Below, one piece after another: positions 28,832-36,962 of a stretch of 64,000 bases of DNA. The position numbers and the translations under genes are program-made. This DNA comes from Spirochaetales bacterium. Lineage in GTDB: Bacteria > Spirochaetota > Spirochaetia > JABEVK01. The notes under the pieces were generated by a model, which was given only the letters and a program-made list of their open reading frames with translations, was not told where the DNA came from and made no database searches. Location of the stretch: positions 499-64,498 of the forward strand of contig DAIDHT010000018.1 in assembly GCA_027451945.1 (NCBI GenBank), written 5' to 3'. The stretch's first letter is position 1, and the number at the start of each line of letters is the position of its first letter.

Positions 28832-30239
28832 AACCGTACCCGAAGCTTTCCCTTCCGACACGTTGCCTTCCACTGCCTTGCCAGTTGCCGTTTTGGGTGG
28901 GGGCCTTGCCGGTCTAACCGCCGCCTACCGGCTAAAAGCTCGTGGTGTACCCGTCGTCGGCTATGAAGCGACGTCTCGTTTAGGCGGTCTGATTCAAACG
29001 GAACACTGGGAGGACAGTGTCTACGAACACGGCCCCGATGGCTTTCTTTTGCGTAAAGGGACAGTGTCGTTGTTGTGTCAGGAATTGGGGGTCGAGCTTC
29101 AGGAACTTAACCCGCTTCCTGAGCGCATCTACATAGCAGGCAGTCGGGGAATCTTTCCCCTCCCTCGGGGAATGGGACTTTTACTGCCTACCCGCTGGGG
29201 GCCGTTTTGGACCTCACCGCTGTTAAGCCTCAAGGGAAAGTTGCGCCTCTGGGCCGAAAGGTTCATTAGTGTTCGCCAAGCCGCTTCAGATGAAACTTTG
29301 GCTAACTTTGTGAGCCGACGGTTCGGCAAAGAAGCGCTGACAACCTTAGCAGAACCCCTGTTGGGTGGGGTTTGGAATACAGACCCCCACCAGCTCAGTA
29401 TGGAAGCGGCCTTTCCGCATTACGTCCAGCTAGAAAAAAGCTCGGGGAGTGTGCTACGGGGAGCGCGCCAGGGCGGTCGTTCTGGTGAAGGCGGGGGCTT
29501 AGCCTCACCCGTTCTTGGCATTGAAGAACTGGTGCGTCAACTAGTCCAAAACACTCCCGGTGTTTGGCAGACAGGCCAAAGAGCTGTATCGATAACTACT
29601 GCTTCTGGCGGCTGGCAAGTAAACTTTGGCCCCTCACGGCCGCCTGTTCTGGCAAGCGCAGTGATTTTAGCGGTACCGCCGCAGGTAGCAAGCCGCCTCT
29701 TAGCTGAGGCGCTCCCCGAGGTTGCGAGTCTTTTAAAGAGCGAGTCACGCGGGATTGGTACGGTATCAATGACGTTGAACAAAAAAGACTTCGTACGCCC
29801 CTTAGACGCCTGGGGAACGTTATTTTCTCGCACATCCGATATCGCTATCGACGGCCAGCAGTGGAGTTCCGTCAAGTGGAACCACCGCGCTGGTGCCGAA
29901 CGAACCGTTGTTCGTGCGTTCTTTGGGGGCTTTCGACATCCAGATTTTCTCCAAGCCGACGATGAATCTGTCTTGGCCGAGACCTTGCGTTCCCTTAGTC
30001 CCTGGCTAAGATCGGGGGCGCAACCTCTTCATGTCTCGTTTCGCCGCTGGCAACAAGCCTTTCCTCAGGTTACACTTGGTCATACGCAACGAATCGCCAG
30101 TGCAGAAAAGCTCTTGGGGCCCCATATAGCTTTAGCAGGTCAAGGTTACCGAGGTGTGGGAATGCCGGCCGTCATTGAAAGCGCCGAACGAGCAGTGCGC
30201 TTGGTTATAGAGGGGTTCTCGCGTCCTCAAGAAATCTAG
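28821..30239 (+). CDS. hemY: FAD-dependent copro-/protoporphyrinogen oxidase (HemY/CgoX)
   Basis: GGGLAGLTAAY, RLGG.I, EHGPDGF, SSVKW, GVGMPAVI. Confidence 0.9.
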   Translation: MSSETVPEAFPSDTLPSTALPVAVLGGGLAGLTAAYRLKARGVPVVGYEATSRLGGLIQTEHWEDSVYEHGPDGFLLRKGTVSLLCQELGVELQELNPLPERIYIAGSRGIFPLPRGMGLLLPTRWGPFWTSPLLSLKGKLRLWAERFISVRQAASDETLANFVSRRFGKEALTTLAEPLLGGVWNTDPHQLSMEAAFPHYVQLEKSSGSVLRGARQGGRSGEGGGLASPVLGIEELVRQLVQNTPGVWQTGQRAVSITTASGGWQVNFGPSRPPVLASAVILAVPPQVASRLLAEALPEVASLLKSESRGIGTVSMTLNKKDFVRPLDAWGTLFSRTSDIAIDGQQWSSVKWNHRAGAERTVVRAFFGGFRHPDFLQADDESVLAETLRSLSPWLRSGAQPLHVSFRRWQQAFPQVTLGHTQRIASAEKLLGPHIALAGQGYRGVGMPAVIESAERAVRLVIEGFSRPQEI

Positions 30240-30245
30240 CTTGCT

Positions 30246-30731
30246 TTAGGGAGCCAGGAGTTCATTAAGCTGGCTCATACCCGGATCCTTTTTCCAGGCA
30301 GGAACTACCCCTGGGGCCACGGAAGCCTCCTCGTCCTTACAGCGTTGAAAAAGCTCCAAAATCATCGAGGCCATTAACCCCAGATTGGAACCAAAGTTCG
30401 CCGCCGCCATTTCGGCTTTAATCTTTTTATCGGGGGCTGTTTCTCGTAAGTTCCCCAGGGCCACACTCCGAGCGTCCGGCAAAATCTGACGACGGGCTTT
30501 CTGAATAAAGCGGGAAAGAGACAGTATGCAGGAGTACAGTTCGTCCAAGTGCCATCCTTGCTGGCGGTACAACGCGCTTTTTTCAGCTACCGCCTCAATA
30601 TGATCCCAGTCTTGCCGAGATACCTCTAACCGAAAAAAGGCCGGTCGCAGATATTGAGAGGCGACATTCTGCCTGTAATGTTCGCTCAGGCGATCCACCA
30701 GCGTTAAAATATCAGAATTTCTTGTCACCAT
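30246..30731 (-). CDS. Hypothetical helical protein
   Basis: 161-aa ORF with SD AGAGG, 15 nt downstream of chdC; no recognised motif. Confidence 0.6.
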   Translation of the reverse strand: MVTRNSDILTLVDRLSEHYRQNVASQYLRPAFFRLEVSRQDWDHIEAVAEKSALYRQQGWHLDELYSCILSLSRFIQKARRQILPDARSVALGNLRETAPDKKIKAEMAAANFGSNLGLMASMILELFQRCKDEEASVAPGVVPAWKKDPGMSQLNELLAP

Positions 30732-30746
30732 ATTCAGCCTCTCTTG

Positions 30747-31466
30747 TTAATCAACCGAGCCGATCTGACGATACACTTTGCCAGCAAAAAAAGGACCCAA
30801 GCTGTCAAGATGATGCATAGTTTGTAGGCTTTTGCGCATAGCTTGCACGACGGCAGAGGCTCCAATCAGCTCTTTAGCAACAATCCCAATGACAAAATCG
30901 TTGTCATGAATGTCCAAACCATGGCAAGCCAAGCGAATATCCTGCGCTATACCGGCCTTACCAAAAGCCTTTCCAATGCCGCCGTGATCCATCAGGACCT
31001 CATGTTTTTGATCTTCGGGGAGGGCTTCAAAGGCTTTTTCACGGCGAACCGGGTACCAAATTGCCCAAGGATGGGCGGGATCTAAAATTCGGGACTTAGG
31101 CCGCTTCAGCAGAACTTCGTCGAGATCATTTTCATAGCCGACGGCATACGACCGCCCCAGCATCGCCAACTCGGGCTTGAAGCTCAGTTGGCCAAAGGGT
31201 GATCGCGCCAAGAAATCTCTTGCTTCAGTCACAAAAAAGTCGGGATTCTCAGACATCAAAACCAACCCCAACCCACGGGGGTCATTAAGGTCAGCATATA
31301 AGGCCGCAGGCTTACCCCAAGAGGCAAGTGCCGTTGCCAGAGACTCAAGAGACGACGCCCCAGTCCAAGCCAAGAACTGCACATACAACCGACGGTTTGA
31401 GGTCAGGGGTGTGCCATCTTTAGCCCTGCCGTGTTCAGAAAGATCCGGAAGAAAAGGTTTATCCAT
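30747..31466 (-). CDS. chdC: Chlorite dismutase-family protein, probably coproheme decarboxylase
   Basis: RRLYVQF, YADLNDPRG, WYPVRR (catalytic Tyr position), proximal DH..IG, GLD..DNDFVI; sits inside the haem cluster. Confidence 0.8.
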   Translation of the reverse strand: MDKPFLPDLSEHGRAKDGTPLTSNRRLYVQFLAWTGASSLESLATALASWGKPAALYADLNDPRGLGLVLMSENPDFFVTEARDFLARSPFGQLSFKPELAMLGRSYAVGYENDLDEVLLKRPKSRILDPAHPWAIWYPVRREKAFEALPEDQKHEVLMDHGGIGKAFGKAGIAQDIRLACHGLDIHDNDFVIGIVAKELIGASAVVQAMRKSLQTMHHLDSLGPFFAGKVYRQIGSVD

Positions 31467-31545
31467 ATTGTCAGCTAAACCCCCTCGGCGATCCCTGTCA
31501 AGAGAGACCGTTTCTCGGTATAATTACCCTTGGTTACTCTGCCAG

Positions 31546-31579
31546 CTTTTGAATCACCTTTCTTTTGAATCACCTTTCT
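31546..31579 (+). repeat. Perfect 16-bp tandem duplication in the hemL leader
   Basis: cttttgaatcaccttt x2 plus ct, immediately before SD AAGGAG. Confidence 0.9.
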
Positions 31580-31590
31580 AAGGAGCCGTT

Positions 31591-32871
31591 ATGCCGGACA
31601 GCCCCCTTTCTCAAGCCGCTTTTCAAGAGGCTCTCACTTTATTCCCCGGTGGGGTCAACTCGCCGGTTCGTAGCTTTGCCTCGGTCGGGGGAACACCCGT
31701 GGTCTTCTCACGGGGACAAGGGGCCTTGCTCGAAGATCCCGACCACCACAAATATCTAGATTTTGTCCAAAGCTGGGGAGCCCATATCCTCGGGCACTCG
31801 CCGCCAACGGTAGTTCGTGCGGTAAGCCGGCAGGTTCGGCGTCTGACTAGTGTCGGTGCGCCGACACTAGAAGAAAATCACCTCGGGAAGCTTTTGCAAA
31901 AAGCTATCCCGTCGCTAGAACGCCTTCGCTTTGTCAGTTCAGGGACTGAAGCCGTCATGAGCGCTCTACGGGTGGCCAGGGCGTGGACAAACAGGCCTAT
32001 GATTCTGAAGTTCGACGGGGGGTACCACGGACACGCCGATGCCCTTTTGGTTAGCGCAGGGTCAGGTTTGGCCACCCTCAATCAGCCAGCTTCGGCGGGG
32101 GTCCCCGAGCCTTTAACTTCAAACACCGTCAGTGTTCCTTACAATGATCTTGAGGCCGTCCGTGCTGCTTTTGCTGCCCATCCGGGCAAAATCGCCGCCG
32201 TGATTGTCGAGCCCTATGCCGCTAACATGGGTTTAGTGCTCCCTCTGCCAGGCTTTCTTGAAGGCCTGCGCGCGGTCACTCAAGAGAATGCCTCTTTGCT
32301 CATTTTTGACGAAGTTATTACAGGTTTTCGCTTTCACTGGGGTGGGGTTCAAACCCAGGTCGGAGTAACTCCAGACCTCACCACCCTGGGAAAAATAATC
32401 GGCGGGGGGTTGCCGGTGGGCGCCTACGGTGGCAGAAAAGACCTGATGGACCTAGTAGCGCCCGTTGGTCCGGTGTACCAAGCAGGGACGCTATCGGGTA
32501 ACCCTTTGGCGATGGCGGCAGGAAGTGCGGTAATGAAACAGCTTACCCGTCCCGGCTTTTACGAAGCCATCACCGACAAAGCTGAACGCTTTTTCGAGAC
32601 GTTGCTTCACAGACTAGACCCCACCCGCTACCACTTAGCGCATAAGGGCGGTTTAGCCACACTCTTTTTTGCCCCTGGCCCCATCACCAACCTGACGCAA
32701 GCCAAAGCGAGCGATACGGCGGCCTATGCCCGATGGTTCCATGCCCTCTTAGAGCAAAAAATCTTTGTTGCTCCGGCGCAATTTGAAGCCATGTTCGTGG
32801 GTGCCGCCCATACGCCACGAGCGCTTCGGTTGGCTGCCGAGGCGTTTTTAAAGGCCTTGGAAGCCAAATGA
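31591..32871 (+). CDS. hemL: Glutamate-1-semialdehyde 2,1-aminomutase
   Basis: PGGVNSPVR, SSGTEA, GYHGH, FDEVITGFR, TLGKIIGGG, YQAGTLSGNP. Confidence 0.96.
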   Translation: MPDSPLSQAAFQEALTLFPGGVNSPVRSFASVGGTPVVFSRGQGALLEDPDHHKYLDFVQSWGAHILGHSPPTVVRAVSRQVRRLTSVGAPTLEENHLGKLLQKAIPSLERLRFVSSGTEAVMSALRVARAWTNRPMILKFDGGYHGHADALLVSAGSGLATLNQPASAGVPEPLTSNTVSVPYNDLEAVRAAFAAHPGKIAAVIVEPYAANMGLVLPLPGFLEGLRAVTQENASLLIFDEVITGFRFHWGGVQTQVGVTPDLTTLGKIIGGGLPVGAYGGRKDLMDLVAPVGPVYQAGTLSGNPLAMAAGSAVMKQLTRPGFYEAITDKAERFFETLLHRLDPTRYHLAHKGGLATLFFAPGPITNLTQAKASDTAAYARWFHALLEQKIFVAPAQFEAMFVGAAHTPRALRLAAEAFLKALEAK

Positions 32872-33701
32872 GTAGAACTCTTGCCCTGGTTTTTGACTTC
32901 GACGATACTCTCGCCCATGATTCGACTACCGATCTTTTAGCTTCAAAAGGTGTCGATGTCGCGCGCTTTTGGGCCAAAGAAAACAAAACTTTAATCGAAG
33001 CAGGTTGGGATCCGGTGCTGTCTTACATGTATCAGATGATCCAACTGTCGCAATCCCTGACCCCCGGCCAACGCCTCACAAAGTCCACGTTAACAGCGTT
33101 TGGTCCCCAGGTTCGTTTTTACCCGGGCGTTCCCGAGCTATTCACCTACTTACGCGATTTTGTCCGCGCCGAGGACCACACCTTTCAGCTCGAGTTTTAC
33201 GTTATTTCGAGTGGTTTGGGGGACCTCATTCGTGCCACACCCATAGCGGGCGAGTTTACCGACATCTTTGCCTCAGATTTCGCCTACGACGCAGACGGCC
33301 AGCTGGTGTTTCCCCAGCGGGTTGTTAGCTTTACTGATAAAACGCGGTATCTGTTTCAAATTTCAAAAGGGCAAGTGGGGCCAGAGTTTGCCAACAAACC
33401 CTTCGAAGTTAACCGTAAGGTACGCGAACTGCGCATTCCTTTGGCCAATATGATCTTTATTGGTGATGGCATGACCGACGTGCCGTGCTTTTCTCTGATG
33501 GCCAAAAACAACGGCACAGCCCTTGCCGTCTACGACCGGGACAATCACGAAAAAAAGCTCAAAGCTTGGGGGTTTGTCGAGGATGGCCGGGTTAAAAACC
33601 TTCACTCAGCCAATTACCGGCGCGACTCCGATCTGGTAGGTTCGATTGAAATGTCACTTCGCTTTCTCATAAGTAAAAATCGTTCCGTCTACCAGGGGTA
33701 G
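32868..33701 (+). CDS. HAD-like hydrolase
   Basis: FDFDDTL, ISSG, FIGDGMTDVP. Confidence 0.85.
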   Translation: MSRTLALVFDFDDTLAHDSTTDLLASKGVDVARFWAKENKTLIEAGWDPVLSYMYQMIQLSQSLTPGQRLTKSTLTAFGPQVRFYPGVPELFTYLRDFVRAEDHTFQLEFYVISSGLGDLIRATPIAGEFTDIFASDFAYDADGQLVFPQRVVSFTDKTRYLFQISKGQVGPEFANKPFEVNRKVRELRIPLANMIFIGDGMTDVPCFSLMAKNNGTALAVYDRDNHEKKLKAWGFVEDGRVKNLHSANYRRDSDLVGSIEMSLRFLISKNRSVYQG

Positions 33702-33752
33702 ACGGAACTTCACGCAGACAAACGGAACGCCACGGCTTCAATCAGTCAGTGA

Positions 33753-36539
33753 TTATCGGGTTTCTAGCACGACAATCGACTGATTGTTGACTGTATAGCT
33801 CCCCGAAATTGGAGTCCCCGACGCCAGACTCCAATAGTTATCGTTGGCTTCTGCCCAACTTCCTGTATCAATCACCCGAACCCAGCTTTTTCCTGAAGCA
33901 GCGGCGGGAATGGTGTTTGCGATACTACTCCCCGTCATATTCACAAGAATCAGAAAATCGCTATCGCCAACCATGCTTCCCTTCACCAAGATTTCCCCTG
34001 CTGCGCTCGAGCTTTCAGAAAAGCCACTGCCTCCCGCTGTCGTCAAATACGAAATGGTCACGCTAGAATAGTTCGCTTGCTGAAAGGCCGCGTGGGCCGC
34101 CCTCAGCTTCAGGAGATCTTGCAGAAAAGCAAAGTTCGTGTTCGGGCCACCGCTGGTGGCGGTAGCAAAAGTCCCCAGGTTGTTGCTGTAGGTTGCCGTA
34201 CCGCCTGTGGTGTCACCCGTGGCTACAGAATCCGGTGAGGCACTACCAAGCATATTGTAGTTATTCCAGGTAGCCACCGAATCAACATCGTAGGCGTTGT
34301 TGTTGCCATCCACCGTACGACCGAGCTCATCGCCCCACTCAATCATAGGAATACCACGACTGAGTACTTGAAACGTCCAGAAATCCCGAATAATTTGCCG
34401 GCGCAGGGTTTGGTTCCCTCCCCAGCTATTACTGAGATTGCTGTTGGTTCCTCCATCAGAGGGACCAAAGGGCCAACTGAGGGTACTATTCGTCTGTGTT
34501 CCGTAGCTGACGAGGTCTGTTATTGTAAAGCCATCGTGGGCGTCAATCATATTAACGCTCTTTTGAGGGCCTCCCTCGGCATTAAAGTCATTGTAATCAC
34601 CGTAAAACGCATCGGCCCAGCCGACACCATTTGCTCCAGCAAGGTTATTTTGCATAAATTGCCGAATGGAATCACGATAGTTACCATTCCAATTTGCCCA
34701 CCCTGCTGGGAATTGACCGATCTCGCTATTGTTGGTGTCCCAGGGCTCCGCAATGATTTTGAAACCATCATTGGCCGCTAAAGACGCAATGCTAGTAAGT
34801 AAGGGTGCGGTGCTCGAAAACGCGCCACTGCCGTTGCGGCCCAATTCGACCGCCAAATCAAAACGAAAGCCATCCACACCCATAGTTTGGGACCAGTACT
34901 TTAGGGAGTCTAGCACCAAGTTCTGTTCGGGCGTCGAGCCAGCATTGAAATTGTTACCACAACCCGTCGAATCCCAGTAAAAGCCATTACTCGTTCCTGA
35001 AAGCGTGTAATACGCCCGGTTATCCAACCCTCGAAAGCTTACCAATTGTGCTTCTCGTCCGGTGGTGGCATCCCAAACTCCGCCTTCGCCCGTATGGTTG
35101 TAAACGACATCCATATAAACTTGTAAACCCGCGTTATGGAATGCCGCCACCATTTGTTTGAACTCTTTGGTGGGCCCCCCGAGGCTTTGATCGTGGGCAT
35201 AGTGCCTATCGGGAGCAAAAAAGCCATACGTCATGTAGCCCCAATAATTTCCGCCCGACTTTGTTGTTGGGTTGGTATCGTTGTCGCTGTCCATCACTGG
35301 CAAAAATTCGACCGTATTGATCCCTAAATCTTTCAGGTAGCCTGCCATATAAGCGGCGCCAGCATAGGTGCCTCGCAAATTATCAGGAACATTGGCGGCA
35401 TCGGGAAAGGTCGAATAAGGCGACAAAAGAGTCGTCAGGTTCACACTAGAAGGATGTGCGGTCAGGCCCCTCAGGTGAGTTTCATAGACAATCGAGTTCG
35501 CTTCGGGAATATTCGGCTTTGTTCCGAAGGACGTCGAATCAACCAACGCCACAGACTTCGGAGCATAGGGCCCCGTATCAATATTGCGGAGGTTCATGGC
35601 AACATTACCCGTGATTGGTCCACTATAGGTTTGCCCAGCGGCCACATCGGCACCACCAGAATTAAAAATCACGTCAGAGTTTCCTGAGGCCGCTAAAGCC
35701 GCACTATCCACATCATGGCTGATTTCAAGGGCATAAGGGTCATAAAGAACCTTGTTAGGATTAAAACGATTGCCCAGGCTGTCGCAATCAGAAATATAGC
35801 CAGCGGAGCTATTACCTCGTGTCCAGGCACTACTAAAGGGCCAGTTTGGTCCCCAGGCACGAAACGCATAAAGGGTACCGTTGGGAACCTGAGCCAACGC
35901 CGCACGCCATATATTGTCAGAACCTTTGACCATCCAGTAGTCATAGGCGGCAGAGGCTCCTGTATCCTGAGTGTAGATTTCTAAAAGAACCTTGGTGGCA
36001 TCAGCTGAATAGACGCCAATTTCTAGCGTTCCCCCTGCGCCAGTCGGAAAGGTCGCCCCCAAGCCCCAAGTCGAGGTTCCCCACGTCGAGGACGAGACAG
36101 GCGAAAAGGCCCCTGAATAAGGGTGACTGTTCCCTAGAGCTGCCCCCATTGTTATTGTAACAGTGGTTCCACTATTAGAAATGTTTACCGTTGACGTTCC
36201 CTGCCACAAAAGATTTCCTGAGCTATCCAAGGCGGTGGCCGTAAAATTAGCTAATCCTGTAGCGGACACCGAAATGGACCCGCTCCAAGCGGAGCTCTGT
36301 TTCACGAGATTGCCACTTCCAATAGAGTTACCCGCTAGTGTCACTGAGACCGCTACCGAAGCAACAGCGGTATCATTGATTAGTCCCCGAGCGGTACCAG
36401 GATTCCAGGTCACCTGAACGGTATGCCAAGAATTTCCTTGCTGACCTACGGTCCCCGCAGACGAAGCCGGTGCTATTAAACTCGGCGAAGAACAAGAAAC
36501 TGCCAAGGTGGCTAAAACAAAGAAAAATAGTCGGGTCAC
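33753..36539 (-). CDS. Secreted lipoprotein isoamylase / glycogen-debranching enzyme (GH13 with CBM48)
   Basis: Lipobox AVSC; NPNKVLYDPYA, YETHLRG, NYWGY, DVVYNH, DGFRFDLA, AEPW, AHDGFT, GNNNAY. Confidence 0.92.
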   Translation of the reverse strand: MTRLFFFVLATLAVSCSSPSLIAPASSAGTVGQQGNSWHTVQVTWNPGTARGLINDTAVASVAVSVTLAGNSIGSGNLVKQSSAWSGSISVSATGLANFTATALDSSGNLLWQGTSTVNISNSGTTVTITMGAALGNSHPYSGAFSPVSSSTWGTSTWGLGATFPTGAGGTLEIGVYSADATKVLLEIYTQDTGASAAYDYWMVKGSDNIWRAALAQVPNGTLYAFRAWGPNWPFSSAWTRGNSSAGYISDCDSLGNRFNPNKVLYDPYALEISHDVDSAALAASGNSDVIFNSGGADVAAGQTYSGPITGNVAMNLRNIDTGPYAPKSVALVDSTSFGTKPNIPEANSIVYETHLRGLTAHPSSVNLTTLLSPYSTFPDAANVPDNLRGTYAGAAYMAGYLKDLGINTVEFLPVMDSDNDTNPTTKSGGNYWGYMTYGFFAPDRHYAHDQSLGGPTKEFKQMVAAFHNAGLQVYMDVVYNHTGEGGVWDATTGREAQLVSFRGLDNRAYYTLSGTSNGFYWDSTGCGNNFNAGSTPEQNLVLDSLKYWSQTMGVDGFRFDLAVELGRNGSGAFSSTAPLLTSIASLAANDGFKIIAEPWDTNNSEIGQFPAGWANWNGNYRDSIRQFMQNNLAGANGVGWADAFYGDYNDFNAEGGPQKSVNMIDAHDGFTITDLVSYGTQTNSTLSWPFGPSDGGTNSNLSNSWGGNQTLRRQIIRDFWTFQVLSRGIPMIEWGDELGRTVDGNNNAYDVDSVATWNNYNMLGSASPDSVATGDTTGGTATYSNNLGTFATATSGGPNTNFAFLQDLLKLRAAHAAFQQANYSSVTISYLTTAGGSGFSESSSAAGEILVKGSMVGDSDFLILVNMTGSSIANTIPAAASGKSWVRVIDTGSWAEANDNYWSLASGTPISGSYTVNNQSIVVLETR

Positions 36540-36550
36540 TTTGCCACCGT

Positions 36551-36679
36551 CTAGTTCGCCGTCACACTGACGGTGTATTGGGTCAGCTCAGTAACGTGGC
36601 CCAGCTCTACCAATTCGGGGGTTTGGTAAGTACGCATACCTTGGTTTGTTTCAACTTGAGATGCCTCAAACTTTTTCAT
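36551..36679 (-). CDS. 42-aa peptide with lasso-RiPP-type leader and short beta-strand-like core (not in ORF track)
   Basis: MKKFEASQVETNQGMRTYQTPELVELGHVTELTQYTVSVTAN*; SD AGGAGG at 36685-36690; TTGACA promoter upstream; 11 nt before the isoamylase start. Confidence 0.85.
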   Translation of the reverse strand: MKKFEASQVETNQGMRTYQTPELVELGHVTELTQYTVSVTAN

Positions 36680-36713
36680 AATTCCCTCCTAGGACATTTT
36701 AGGATTTTATACT

Positions 36714-36743
36714 TATCTAAAAGCCAAACTCTTTGGGTGTCAA
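36714..36743 (-). promoter_or_regulatory. Sigma70-like promoter for the peptide-isoamylase unit
   Basis: TTGACA (36743-36738), 17-18 nt spacer, TTAGAT/TAGATA. Confidence 0.55.
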
Positions 36744-36802
36744 CCAAAATTTTTTTCCCCATCTTTTCAAAGCGTTTAAATCCATTATTTCTATTTCTCA
36801 CC

Positions 36803-36818
36803 TTGTTAACGTTCACAA
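36803..36818. promoter_or_regulatory. LacI-family-like operator palindrome
   Basis: TTGTTAACGTTCACAA (14/16 self-complementary, central CG); weaker TTCAAAGCGTTTAAA at 36766-36780. Confidence 0.6.
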
Positions 36819-36823
36819 TCTTC

Positions 36824-36852
36824 TTGACAAGACCAAATTCTGGACTGATTAT
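36824..36852 (+). promoter_or_regulatory. Sigma70-like promoter for the amylase gene
   Basis: TTGACA-17 nt-GATTAT. Confidence 0.55.
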
Positions 36853-36962
36853 TTCCTAAATATCATAGGTATTTTCATCTATTTAATTATTTCAAAAACC
36901 ACCTAACCACGAACAATTTCCATCAACAACAAAAGAGTTCTGGTCTAGGACAAGGAGAAACT

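Noticed and set aside
36551-36679. Calling this a true lasso peptide gene cluster
   Set aside because: The core is only 8 aa with no Asp/Glu acceptor, and no cyclase, RRE or B2 gene is recognisable in the window.
36470-36859. 129-aa plus-strand ORF across the divergent region
   Set aside because: Overlaps the better-supported peptide gene and both promoters; no SD or motif.
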